Source: Nitrosococcus oceani ATCC 19707 (lineage in GTDB: Bacteria; Pseudomonadota; Gammaproteobacteria; Nitrosococcales; Nitrosococcaceae). From it: a stretch of DNA of 32,000 nucleotides. Below the pieces are notes generated by a model, which was not told the origin of the DNA, ran no database searches, and worked only from the letters and a program-made list of their open reading frames with translations. The position numbers and the translations under genes are program-made. This document shows positions 1 through 8,862 of the stretch, in pieces (position 1 is the first letter of the stretch; every line of letters begins with the position of its first letter). Location: the NCBI RefSeq assembly GCF_000012805.1, contig NC_007484.1, positions 2,190,001 to 2,222,000 on the forward strand, given 5' to 3'.

Positions 1-503
1 TTCCTCTCACTCTGCTCATCGTCGCTACGGTGCTGATATTCGGTTCCCTAACCGGTTTTGCTTACGCACTCATAAGCGCAACCTTGAGCGCTCTCCTAAC
101 CTACGGCGTAGGCCGCCTATTCGGGCGCCGTACGGTAAGGCGGCTTGCGGGTAAACGTCTCAACCGGCTGAGCCGCCGTTTAGCTCAGCAAGGTACGCTC
201 ACTATGCTTGCTGTTCGCCTTATCCCCATAGCTCCTTTCACAGTGGTTAATATGGTTGCGGGCGCTTCTCATATTCGTTTTCGAGATTTTATCATAGGCA
301 CCGTACTTGGTTTAATACCAGGGATCCTGGGAATAGCCCTTTTTATTGATCGCGTGGTAGCCACGATACGCGATCCAACACCTCTTAGCTTTGCTATCTT
401 AGGCGTGCTATTGATGCTCCTTGGACTTAGCCTGTTAGGAGTTCGCTGGTGGCTGCGTAAACAAGATGCAACCAACAACGATAAAACCCTGAAGACCTCC
501 TAA
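1..503 (+). CDS. TVP38/TMEM64 (DedA-related) family membrane protein, 5'-partial
   Basis: The reading frame is open from the window edge; nt 3-29 read PLTLLIVAT in frame ahead of the listed start. It is a hydrophobic multi-TM protein. The motif LIPIAPFTVVNMVAGASHIRFRDFIIGTVLGLIPG is typical of this family. Confidence 0.75.
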   Translation, partial: PLTLLIVATVLIFGSLTGFAYALISATLSALLTYGVGRLFGRRTVRRLAGKRLNRLSRRLAQQGTLTMLAVRLIPIAPFTVVNMVAGASHIRFRDFIIGTVLGLIPGILGIALFIDRVVATIRDPTPLSFAILGVLLMLLGLSLLGVRWWLRKQDATNNDKTLKTS

Positions 504-553
504 CTACCCCACGTCAACATTATGAATGCCATCTTTCACTTATCCCTAAGTTA

Positions 554-1834
554 ATGACGCCCGCTTCTGACACTGCCCCGCTCTGGCGCTATCTTCGTCT
601 GAATGATTTCACTAGCCCTAGCCCTACAACGAAGGAAACGGTCCGTAAGGGGGTAACAGAACTATGGCATAAACTTATGGGAGATTCTAAATCAGAAGAA
701 CCTATAAGGGCCCAAGATGAATTAAAGAGTCTATCTGATGAGCTTTACGCCCAGATTGCGCCTGAGCCTGACTGGACAGAACTGGTAACCGCTCTCAACG
801 AGGCTTTGGAAAAAGGATTAACCACAAGAGTTTCACAAGCCCAAATTGTGGTAGGTGCCCCCTTTAGCGGCATTACTGAAACTTTGGAACACTGGGCTAA
901 GCACCGGGGAATAAAAATTATTAAGCCACCAAGCCCGGAAACGATTCTGAACCAAGAGCAGCAGTGGCTACAGCGTCTTGAGGAGGAAGGTAGCGCCCGG
1001 CCTTTGGTCATTTCTCATCTGGAGCGCTGCTATCTGCGCCACCATCATGGTTTAAAACTAATCCGCCAATTACTGCAATGGCTTTCAACGCGTCCGGGTT
1101 ACTGTGTCCTTGGCTGTTCCAGTTGGGCCTGGGCCTATTTCAGCAAAGCTCTACAAGCAGAAAAACTTTTTTCCATCCCCTGGACTTTAGGAGCACTCAA
1201 CCAAGAACGCCTTCAGCAGTGGTTTAGTAACCTGAATACATCCCAGCAGCAGGAGACTTTTATTTTTCGCCAACTGGATAACGGCGACTTCGTTATCCCA
1301 CCTTCAAGGGATGACTCCTTTACAAAAAGAACAACCCAGAAAAGGTTTACTAGCGTTAGCGTAGACTCTGATGATACCGCACGCACTGAAGCGTCTACTT
1401 TCCTCACCGATTTGGCAGCCTATAGCCGTGGTAATCCAGGGGTTGCCTGGGCACTCTGGCGACAAAGCTTACAGGGAGTCCCAGAAACAAAAAACGATGA
1501 TCACGATCACGCCTCTGATTTGGATAAGCCGACCCAAAACCATACTATTTGGGTTAAACCTTGGTCCCAGATCCAGCATCTTGCTTTGTCGGAATCAGCA
1601 GATCGAAGCACACTTCAGATTTTACACACGCTGTTGCTTCATGGACCCTTGCCTGCTTCTCTGCTCATAGAATTGCTTCCCCTTTCCGGTTTTGAAATAA
1701 GGCGGATACTCACTTACCTGGAATATCGCAATTTCCTGATATCAGCACGAGGACAGTGGCAGCTTACACCACTCGGTTATCCTGCAGTACGACAGGCGCT
1801 AGAAGAGGAAGGCTATCTACTAGATTCACTATAG
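554..1834 (+). CDS. hypothetical protein; degenerate P-loop-like N-terminal region and C-terminal winged-helix-like domain
   Basis: 426-aa ORF with no competing frame. VVGAPFSGITETL resembles a Walker A loop but lacks the Lys, and PLVISHLE is Walker-B-like. The C-terminal roughly 80 aa (LQILHTLLLHGPLPASLLIELLPLSGFEIRRILTYLEYRNFLISARGQWQLTPLG) has a MarR/PadR-like wHTH pattern. There is no strong SD, so the start is uncertain. Confidence 0.55.
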   Translation: MTPASDTAPLWRYLRLNDFTSPSPTTKETVRKGVTELWHKLMGDSKSEEPIRAQDELKSLSDELYAQIAPEPDWTELVTALNEALEKGLTTRVSQAQIVVGAPFSGITETLEHWAKHRGIKIIKPPSPETILNQEQQWLQRLEEEGSARPLVISHLERCYLRHHHGLKLIRQLLQWLSTRPGYCVLGCSSWAWAYFSKALQAEKLFSIPWTLGALNQERLQQWFSNLNTSQQQETFIFRQLDNGDFVIPPSRDDSFTKRTTQKRFTSVSVDSDDTARTEASTFLTDLAAYSRGNPGVAWALWRQSLQGVPETKNDDHDHASDLDKPTQNHTIWVKPWSQIQHLALSESADRSTLQILHTLLLHGPLPASLLIELLPLSGFEIRRILTYLEYRNFLISARGQWQLTPLGYPAVRQALEEEGYLLDSL

Positions 1835-1843
1835 GAAAACGTC

Positions 1844-2671
1844 ATGCCCACAGAGACCATCGCCGATATTTTTCAAGATCCTAGCAAAATTGGACTATTA
1901 CAGGTTTTTCTTATTATTGTCCTTAGCTGGCTACTACTTCGCCTGATTGACTGGTTTATCCCGTGGCTTGCCGAACGGCTAGCGGGAGGTGCACGCTTGT
2001 ACCTCTTGCCTTCCATGCCGATCCTTAAATTCGTCATTCTGATTATAGCTACCACGCTTATTCTCCCTTTGCTCATTGATTTCACCTTAAAAAACTTGAT
2101 CACCGTCCTAGGCGCGATCGGCCTAGCTCTAGGATTCGCCTTTAAAGATTATGTCAGCAGTATCATTGCTGGCATCGTAGCGATTTATGAGCGGACCTAC
2201 CGCCCTGGCGATTGGGTTAAAATTGATCAAGCTTATGGCGAGGTGCGTTCAAGCGGCCTGAGGGCGCTAAAAGTCCTTACCCCGGATGACACCATTGTTA
2301 CCATCCCACATGCCAAATTATGGGATACTAATATTTATAACGATAATACTGGGGCACGGGATTTGCTTTGTGTAGCGGATTTTTATCTGGACCCTCGCCA
2401 TGAAGCACACTCAGTACGCGAGGCCCTTTATGATGTGGCTTTAACAAGTATTTTTGTCCAGCTTGATCATTCCATTACAGTTATCGTGGCAGAAAAACCT
2501 TGGGGAACTCACTATCGACTCAAGGCCTATCCTATGGATGGGCGGGACCAATTCCTTTTTACCAGCGATTTAACAGTACGGGGGAAAGCGGCACTAGCAG
2601 CCCTTGGAACGAATCCGGCTCAAGGATGGCCCGCCCTCCAAAGTGGGAGCGATACAACAAGCTTTGAGTAA
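1844..2671 (+). CDS. mechanosensitive ion channel family protein (MscS-like)
   Basis: N-terminal TM helices are followed by an MscS beta-domain signature: LGFAFKDYVSSIIAGIVAIYERTYRPGDWVKIDQAYGEVRSSGLRALKVLTPDDTIVTIPHAKLW. It starts 9 nt after the upstream stop. Confidence 0.85.
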   Translation: MPTETIADIFQDPSKIGLLQVFLIIVLSWLLLRLIDWFIPWLAERLAGGARLYLLPSMPILKFVILIIATTLILPLLIDFTLKNLITVLGAIGLALGFAFKDYVSSIIAGIVAIYERTYRPGDWVKIDQAYGEVRSSGLRALKVLTPDDTIVTIPHAKLWDTNIYNDNTGARDLLCVADFYLDPRHEAHSVREALYDVALTSIFVQLDHSITVIVAEKPWGTHYRLKAYPMDGRDQFLFTSDLTVRGKAALAALGTNPAQGWPALQSGSDTTSFE

Positions 2672-2859
2672 ACGTATTACGGCTTGAACAAATATGTTGG
2701 CGAAATATTTCAGTCCCATTTTTCCCTAATTTTCTATTATCTCAGGACTGGCGCCTCCCCATTTCCCTTGCTAACATTCTCGCCAGAAACACAAAGATAA
2801 GTGGAAAATAAATTATCGACAAAAATTACCAATAAAGATTAAGGAGAGAATAAACTAAA

Positions 2860-3756
2860 ATGGTGGAAAACAAAGCATATCGTTCTATATTTTCCCCTTG
2901 CTCAACCCAAGAGCAAGCAGCTAATTTTGATAGCTACTGGATATTCAGTCAGCGACATGCTGGCGAGCTCTTAGAAGAAGATAAAGATCTGACTAACAAG
3001 CGAGAGAAATTGAATTACTTTCAAAATAACCCAATCCGCTCACGAAACCCTCTTCCCAATCCCGAGCTCTTCTACCGTAATCATGTGAAATTTAAGGACG
3101 ACCCTCAATCCATTGACCGTAAAACTCTGCTTTTAACCACGATTTACAAATTTGCTCGCCACGAATGGGTTGGTATTTCAGGCGCTTGGGATATAATTCC
3201 TAGCATGGCAGAAGCAAAAACACTAACCGATAAAATAAGCCGAGTCCATCTGGCAGAAGAATTCTGCCATGTACGTTTCTTTCATGAAATGTTAAAAACA
3301 TTTCATTTAAATAAGGTTGAGTGGCTACCTTTAGGCCCGGTAAAACAGAAAATTTACAAAATTTTTCCTCGCTTACCTGGATTTTTAATGGATACCCCAG
3401 CTTTCGTCACAGAGCTGATGGGAATGACATTTTACCAGCATCTAGACAAGCTATTTGAGGAAGTGTTTGCTGATGAACCCGAGGCCCGGCAACGCCTAAG
3501 AGAAATTCTCCATGAAATTATGATCGACGAAATGGCCCATGTAGGTCAGCGCAGAAATTTCATTGGCCCTAACGGGGTAAGAGCAGCTAAGCTCATGCTT
3601 GCTCCTTTATATCGTGCATTTTTTCGGGATATCCCAGAAGCTAAATATCTATTTGATATTGAGAAAATGATTCAAGATGGGCTAGCGTTTGATTATAGCT
3701 CCGTATCTCCTAGCCTATTGGCGCGCAGCTGGGTGCCGAGCTATTGTCAAGTCTAA
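2860..3756 (+). CDS. ferritin-like diiron-carboxylate protein (putative oxygenase/oxidase), family unassigned
   Basis: An AAGGAGAG SD lies upstream of the ATG. The canonical four-helix ligand set is present: E102 (ARHEW), E134-x-x-H137 (EEFCH, nt 3259-3270), E185 (VTELMG) and E224-x-x-H227 (DEMAH, nt 3529-3540). Confidence 0.6.
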   Translation: MVENKAYRSIFSPCSTQEQAANFDSYWIFSQRHAGELLEEDKDLTNKREKLNYFQNNPIRSRNPLPNPELFYRNHVKFKDDPQSIDRKTLLLTTIYKFARHEWVGISGAWDIIPSMAEAKTLTDKISRVHLAEEFCHVRFFHEMLKTFHLNKVEWLPLGPVKQKIYKIFPRLPGFLMDTPAFVTELMGMTFYQHLDKLFEEVFADEPEARQRLREILHEIMIDEMAHVGQRRNFIGPNGVRAAKLMLAPLYRAFFRDIPEAKYLFDIEKMIQDGLAFDYSSVSPSLLARSWVPSYCQV

Positions 3757-3785
3757 GGATGCTCTGATTAATACTCCGAATCGTA

Positions 3786-4796
3786 AATAGCCACCAGCGC
3801 CTGGAAACTGATGAAACAGCAAAGCCTCGAAGACACGGGATTTGAGAAATATCGGAGAACGACCCGCGAGGAGCGGTTCCTCGATGTGATAGAGCCGTAT
3901 ATCCGAAGCCTTAGGGGACCGGGAGAAAGCCGATTGGGCTGGAGCGCATGCTGCGCATCCACTTCCGCAATATTTTTTTGAGCTACATCGGATCCCGGTG
4001 CGGAGGAGATACTTTATGATTCGCGTGCCATGCAGCGGTTCGTCGGCATTTATCTGGGTAATGAACCAGTGCCGGATGAGACAACCCTCTGCAGTTTTTG
4101 TCATCTAATGGAAAGGAATAATCTGGGAGACGAACTATTTCCTGTGGTCAATGTGTGTCTGACGGAAAACGGCATGAAGCTCAATCGCGGGACAATGGTG
4201 GACGCCACGATCATCAATGCGCCGAGTTCTACGAAAAACAAGGAAAAAAAGTGTCAGCTGGCTATGCATCAGAGTCGCAAAGGAAATTAGTGGTACTTTG
4301 GGGTGAAAGCCCATATTGGCGTAGACAGAGTAAGAGCAAGCTGATTCACTCGGTTGCAGTCACGCCTGCCAATGTGCATGACTCTCAAACTCTGGAAGAT
4401 CTACTCCATGGCAATGAGACACGGGTGCGGGGTGATTCGGTCTACGCTGAGCAGAAAGAAACCCTGAATGAAATCGAAAGTTAAAACACGCCTTTGGCGT
4501 GATGAAACGGCAGTTTAGTTTTAATAAGCCCGCTATCGGAGGGCTTGATAAAAATGCCCATTGCGTGTTCACCCAATGCGCTTGAGTGAATCTGGTGCTG
4601 GCAAAGCGGCATTTATTAGCGATTTAACTGGCAACCTGCGCCTGATGGCTGGAAACGCCCAAAATCGATGCCTATCCTGGAACAAAAGCAACTTGTTCCG
4701 TAAGCGTTTAGCGTCGATGCCAAGTGAAACGGGTGGGAGCCGAGGATAGCTGCCACCGCCGCCAGAGATGGTTTGAAAAATACAGCGGTGGCTATT
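3786..4796 (+). mobile_element. IS5-family insertion sequence remnant (boundaries tentative)
   Basis: It encloses the decayed transposase. The only candidate terminal inverted repeat I found is 10 bp: AATAGCCACC at 3786-3795 and GGTGGCTATT at 4787-4796. That could be chance. Confidence 0.35.
3811..4627 (+). pseudogene. IS5-family DDE transposase, decayed (several frameshifts and in-frame stops)
   Basis: Family-typical segments are spread over all three + frames: MKQQSLEDTGFEKY..REERFL (frame 1); GRKPIGLERMLRIHF (frame 0, preceded by an in-frame TAG); SDPGAEEILYDSRAMQRFVGI..PDETTLCSFCHLME..GTMVDATIINAPSSTKNKEKK (frame 1); HSVAVTPANVHDSQTLEDLLHGNETRVRGDSVYAEQ (frame 0); KHAFGVMKRQFSFNK..GLDKNAH (frame 2, with an internal TGA at 4583-4585). 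Confidence 0.85.
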
Positions 4797-4843
4797 CTCT
4801 TTCTAGACGCGAGGGTTTTATTAAATTACGAGCGCTCTTCTCT

Positions 4844-5224
4844 TTAGCTACCTGCTTTCTGGGGAGAAGAATCTTGGTGAACCGCTAATCCTGAGGCATC
4901 ACCACAGTAATAAGCTTTGCCATAAGCGTAGGGGGAGCCATATTTTTTGGGGAGCTTCGACCATACTACACGATTGGCACCTAGTTCACCTGCTTCGTGC
5001 AGAGCTTGGTGCTTTGCTTTATTTTTCCATTTTCCCATCATTCCCATCGCGGGCTCGCCCCAACCTGCAAACCCCCGGACATCCCCCATAAATTCACAGC
5101 TGCCCACTGCTGAGCTGGCAACCTGCTGAATATCCTTTGAGTCGCCAGAGGCAACAACCACCGAGGACATTATAAAAAGTACCGCTGCCGCTATACCTAA
5201 GCCAAATTTTCTAGACCGTTTCAT
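4844..5224 (-). CDS. small secreted protein (DUF4156-like resemblance, no lipobox Cys)
   Basis: A GGAGG SD lies 6 nt upstream of the ATG at 5224 (MKRSRKF...), so the longer ORF start at 5242 is probably not used. The N-terminal signal peptide is GLGIAAAVLFIMSSVVVASG. The family resemblance is weak. Confidence 0.55.
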   Translation of the reverse strand: MKRSRKFGLGIAAAVLFIMSSVVVASGDSKDIQQVASSAVGSCEFMGDVRGFAGWGEPAMGMMGKWKNKAKHQALHEAGELGANRVVWSKLPKKYGSPYAYGKAYYCGDASGLAVHQDSSPQKAGS

Positions 5225-5238
5225 TTTTCCCTCCTTTA

Positions 5239-5628
5239 TCACTGATCTGCTCTCACAGGATCATGCTGCGGCTGAAACAGAATCTGCTCTACAGAGAGTC
5301 GCCGCACTTCCCCGCTAGGGAATTTCCAATCGATCGACTCACCCACAGAGAGGCCGAGAAGAGCCGAACCAACGGGGGCTAAAACCGAAATCTTTCCTGC
5401 CCTCGTATTCGCCTCCTCGGGGTATACCAATTCCACCTCTCTACGCTCTCCAGTATTCTCGTCTAGATAGATGAGGCGTGAGTGCATCGTAACGACCCTG
5501 TCGGGAACCCGTTCCTGGGGGATAACGGTAGCGCGATCAAGTTCCTCGGCTAGCAGCGTCTGCTCCCCTAGTGCCCGGAGTCGGCCATAGTCAAGATCTG
5601 TTATAATTAGATCGCTAGTTTTTAGCAT
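5239..5628 (-). CDS. rnk: regulator of nucleoside diphosphate kinase, GreA/GreB-family C-terminal domain protein
   Basis: It aligns along its full length by eye with E. coli Rnk: LIITDLDYGRL..., VVTMHSRLIYLDENTGERREVELVYP, ISVLAPVGSALLGLSVGESIDWKFP. Confidence 0.85.
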   Translation of the reverse strand: MLKTSDLIITDLDYGRLRALGEQTLLAEELDRATVIPQERVPDRVVTMHSRLIYLDENTGERREVELVYPEEANTRAGKISVLAPVGSALLGLSVGESIDWKFPSGEVRRLSVEQILFQPQHDPVRADQ

Positions 5629-5759
5629 TACATCTACCTTTTACGGAATCGGGGTGCTTCTATTCATTAAATTCTATAAGTAATAGTAGGGGCCTAAAGC
5701 TCAAAAAATAAGTACTATAAAGTGAATAGCATTGTTTCTATAATGGAGACAATCAATAT

Positions 5760-6683
5760 ATGCAAGATCTCAATTTAATGGCAATTTTTGCCCGTGTTGT
5801 AGAAGCAGGCAGTTTCTCGGAAGCTGCCCGGCGCATGGAGACTTCCCGCTCCGCCGTAAGCAAGGCCGTCGCCAAACTAGAAAAAAATCTTGGCGCGAGG
5901 CTACTCAATCGCAGCACCCGGCACTTAAGCCTAACCGAATCCGGAGCAGCATTAGTCGAATATGCCGCCCGCATCCTGGAAGAAGCCGAGCAAGCTGAAC
6001 AGGTAGTCAGTAGCCTCCATGCCGAACCGCGTGGAATGCTTAGAGTAAGCGCCTCGGTCGCTTTTGGTACACTCCATATTGCCCCAGCGCTCGCCGATTT
6101 CGTTGCCCGATATCCTGATATCAAAATTGACATGGCAATTACTGATCGGCCGGTAGATTTGGCCGAGGAAGGGTATGACATGATTATTCGTGTAACGGGC
6201 GAGCCAGATCTTAATCTCGTGGCCCGTAAACTCGCGCCCGTGTATCGCAAACTATGTGCTACGCCCGAGTATTTTCAACAGCATGGGATCCCCCAAATAC
6301 CAGAGGATCTGGTCAATCATGATTGTCTCGATTATACCCTCTCTGGTGAACAGGGGTACTGGCACTTTACTGGACCGGAAGGAGAGATAGCAGTACCGGT
6401 ATCAGGGCCATTACGCATCAATGATGACGATGCGCTTGCCCAGGCGGTCCGTGGCGGCCTAGGCATTGCGCTGCTGCCTACCTTTACTGTTGGTAAAGAT
6501 TTACAGGAGGGGCGACTCCAAGCGGTACTCTCCGAATACTTACCGGTAAAACGCTATGTCTATGCCCTCTATCTTCCTACTCGGCATTTGGCGGCAAAAA
6601 TCCGCGTCTTTATCGATTTTCTTTTAACCCGCTTTGGACCTGAACCTGACTGGGACCGCTCTATTAACGTGAGTTCTAGATAA
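5760..6683 (+). CDS. LysR family transcriptional regulator
   Basis: N-terminal HTH FARVVEAGSFSEAARRMETSRSAVSKAVAKLEKNLGARLLNRSTR followed by a LysR substrate-binding domain. It is divergent from rnk. Confidence 0.9.
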   Translation: MQDLNLMAIFARVVEAGSFSEAARRMETSRSAVSKAVAKLEKNLGARLLNRSTRHLSLTESGAALVEYAARILEEAEQAEQVVSSLHAEPRGMLRVSASVAFGTLHIAPALADFVARYPDIKIDMAITDRPVDLAEEGYDMIIRVTGEPDLNLVARKLAPVYRKLCATPEYFQQHGIPQIPEDLVNHDCLDYTLSGEQGYWHFTGPEGEIAVPVSGPLRINDDDALAQAVRGGLGIALLPTFTVGKDLQEGRLQAVLSEYLPVKRYVYALYLPTRHLAAKIRVFIDFLLTRFGPEPDWDRSINVSSR

Positions 6684-7338
6684 AAAGCAGGAATCCCTCG
6701 AAGCTGAATGCTAAAAATTAGAATCCAGAAAAAATCTTTTATTTACAAAAAATATTATGCGCTGGCCTCATAAATCCGCTGCAGGCTCTGGATATACGCA
6801 CCCTAAATAAAAAAGGGACGCTAGAAAATCCTGCGGACTATGTAGAAACTGTGGTAGCGCGCTCTGGCTATGGGACCCCCGATGGCCTGGAACCAGGACA
6901 CCCTCTTGCTTCAGCAATCGACACGGATTTCCCTGCTTCATTGGAAAGGACGCATATGATGTTGAAATCCAAAGCACAGTGGATCGAAGTTCATTCTGCT
7001 CCTGAAAATCAGGAATTTGATACTTATCCGCAGGAATCTCTAGCAGAATGACATAAACGGCGAGGACTGGAAAACTTTAACCCTTAGCAGAGTCTAACAT
7101 CCCTATACATTATTTAAACCATAATCTCAGCAAAACTCCTGAATAAACAAAGAGTCAGTTTCGCACCGCGCAAACGCCCCGTGAATCCACAAATAGCATA
7201 TGCATTGGAGGTAGGAAAAAAAGGTAAATATTAATTGAAACGAAAGGAGAGAAAATTACCTCCCAATTTCTTTTAAAGTGCTTATTAAACGTCTATTAAA
7301 TGGTATAGATATACATAATCTTTTATAGAGAATTTCTT

Positions 7339-7677
7339 ATGGAAACATCGCTTGGAACACAAGAGTATTCAGATAATACCTTCTGGGAAAAGGTGAATAT
7401 ATACGCAAAATCAGCAGGCATAGATATTATAGAAACGGCCTTAAAGCTTTATTATGCCTTACAAGATGATGACACCCCGAAATGGGCAAAAACAGTTATT
7501 TATGGCGCTTTAATTTACTTTATTTCTCCGGCCGATGCCCTACCCGATTTGCTACCAGGGGGTTATATTGATGATTGGGGTACTCTCTTATCAGCAGCCG
7601 CTGCAATATCCATACATATGAAAGCGGAACATTCAGAAAAAGCTAACACTAAAATCAAACAATGGTTTAGAAAATAA
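7339..7677 (+). CDS. YkvA/DUF1232 family membrane protein
   Basis: Motif KWAKTVIYGALIYFISPADALPDLLPGGYIDDWG is typical of DUF1232. The gene sits in an AT-rich context. Confidence 0.7.
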   Translation: METSLGTQEYSDNTFWEKVNIYAKSAGIDIIETALKLYYALQDDDTPKWAKTVIYGALIYFISPADALPDLLPGGYIDDWGTLLSAAAAISIHMKAEHSEKANTKIKQWFRK

Positions 7678-7705
7678 ATTTACCTAAGAACAAACGGGAT
7701 AAATT

Positions 7706-8083
7706 ATGGTAAACGGTGACAATAAAACCATAAAAGTATACTACAACAGCGCCTGTCCCATATGTAACGCGGGAATAAAACACCAAAAATCTAGAGTTCC
7801 CGGCCACCAGATAGACTGGAATGACGTTCATACCCAATCAGGTGTGCATAATGAAGTATCGCCTAACCTTGAGTTAGTCCGCAAAAAACTTCATGTAATG
7901 GATAGGAAGGGAAATATAAAAGTAGGTATTGAAGCATTTGAGGTTATTTGGAGAAACTCACCCAATGAGCACTGGAAAGCGAAGATCGTCTCCTTTCCTG
8001 TGATAAAGCAGATTTCTATTTTTTTTTATAATGTGTTTGCAGAAGCTTTATATCGATGGAATCGCTGGAAGCGGCATTGGTAA
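7706..8083 (+). CDS. DCC-family thiol-disulfide oxidoreductase (DUF393)
   Basis: N-terminal VYYNSACPICNAGI carries the CxxC motif. Size is family-typical (125 aa). It lies 28 nt downstream of the DUF1232 gene. Confidence 0.7.
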   Translation: MVNGDNKTIKVYYNSACPICNAGIKHQKSRVPGHQIDWNDVHTQSGVHNEVSPNLELVRKKLHVMDRKGNIKVGIEAFEVIWRNSPNEHWKAKIVSFPVIKQISIFFYNVFAEALYRWNRWKRHW

Positions 8084-8134
8084 AATTACTATTTTTTTAA
8101 AACAGCTTCTAACGCTTAAATCAGTCATCTAAAA

Positions 8135-8833
8135 TCAGAACTGGAAGATAGAGAAAGACGATTGCTCAGCAAACTGTTCTAAGATAGCAAGCGAAAAGAT
8201 ATTAAGCATGGCATGGGCAAAGATTGCCGGCCACAGAGTTCCCCAACGCACGGTTAAAATAGCTAACACAATGCCAAAAAGCGTAGTTTGCGCTACGCCT
8301 ATCCACCCTTGATATAAATGGCCTAATCCGAACAGAAAAGAGGACAGCAGTACGGGTCCCCATAATCCTCCAAGCGCAAGTCGACAACGGGCTAAGAGAA
8401 AACCTCGCGCCATTATTTCTTCGTACACTCCTACAAAAAACATCAGGGCAGCGATTCCAGCAAAGGATATTTCGCTACTCAATTGGGTTCCGATAATTTT
8501 AAGCGCATCAACATGTTGTTTGAGGGATTGGGTATCGGTAATAAATACCAACGTCGTCAACACCATGTTAGCGCCCATACAGCTTACGAATCCTATCAGC
8601 GCTCGCCCCAAATCCTTTAACGTGAGTACCTGTAATCCAAGGTGCCGCCAACTCTGTCCACGTACAGCAAGGAGGAACCGCAGGCCGAGGAGAATAGCTA
8701 TTCCCTGCAATGCTAACAGCAAGAAAAATTGATGTTGGCCCATGAAGGCACTTATTAACCCAACGGCTATCGCGCTCACCCCCACTAAAATAAGGGCAAA
8801 AATAATATCAATCCAGGCTTGGCGTCTATTCAT
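8135..8833 (-). CDS. CPBP family intramembrane glutamic endopeptidase (CAAX protease-like)
   Basis: Polytopic protein with the three CPBP motifs: YEEIMARGF, FGLGHLY and FAHAMLN. Confidence 0.85.
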   Translation of the reverse strand: MNRRQAWIDIIFALILVGVSAIAVGLISAFMGQHQFFLLLALQGIAILLGLRFLLAVRGQSWRHLGLQVLTLKDLGRALIGFVSCMGANMVLTTLVFITDTQSLKQHVDALKIIGTQLSSEISFAGIAALMFFVGVYEEIMARGFLLARCRLALGGLWGPVLLSSFLFGLGHLYQGWIGVAQTTLFGIVLAILTVRWGTLWPAIFAHAMLNIFSLAILEQFAEQSSFSIFQF

Positions 8834-8862
8834 AGTGGGTTATCTTAGGCAAGTTTTTTCTG

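Noticed and set aside
4751-4792. GCCACCGC-(25 nt)-GCGGTGGC inverted repeat followed by a T-rich tract, downstream of the IS remnant.
   Set aside because: The stem is short and the loop long. It partly overlaps my tentative IS right end, so the two interpretations undermine each other. It is left unassigned.
5731-5753. ATTGT-N13-ACAAT inverted repeat just upstream of the LysR start, a possible LysR T-N11-A type box.
   Set aside because: The arms are only 5 bp, the spacing differs from the classical motif, and it overlaps the SD. It cannot be distinguished from chance.
5753-6250. 165-aa minus-strand ORF inside the LysR gene. Similar long antisense or alternative-frame ORFs occur at 25072-25500, 31343-31969, 26745-27123, 13433-13735, 22101-22424, 23313-23657, 1371-1670 and 29622-29963.
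   Set aside because: These are shadow ORFs within genes that have strong family signatures. Their translations are low-complexity and Arg/Ser/Pro-rich, with no motifs or SD sequences.
6851-7051. 66-aa ORF (GTG start) and the overlapping 69-aa minus-strand ORF in the lysR-DUF1232 gap.
   Set aside because: There is no SD, no recognisable motif and no way to judge conservation. It may be a gene relic, so it is mentioned under the AT-rich islet finding but not called as a CDS.
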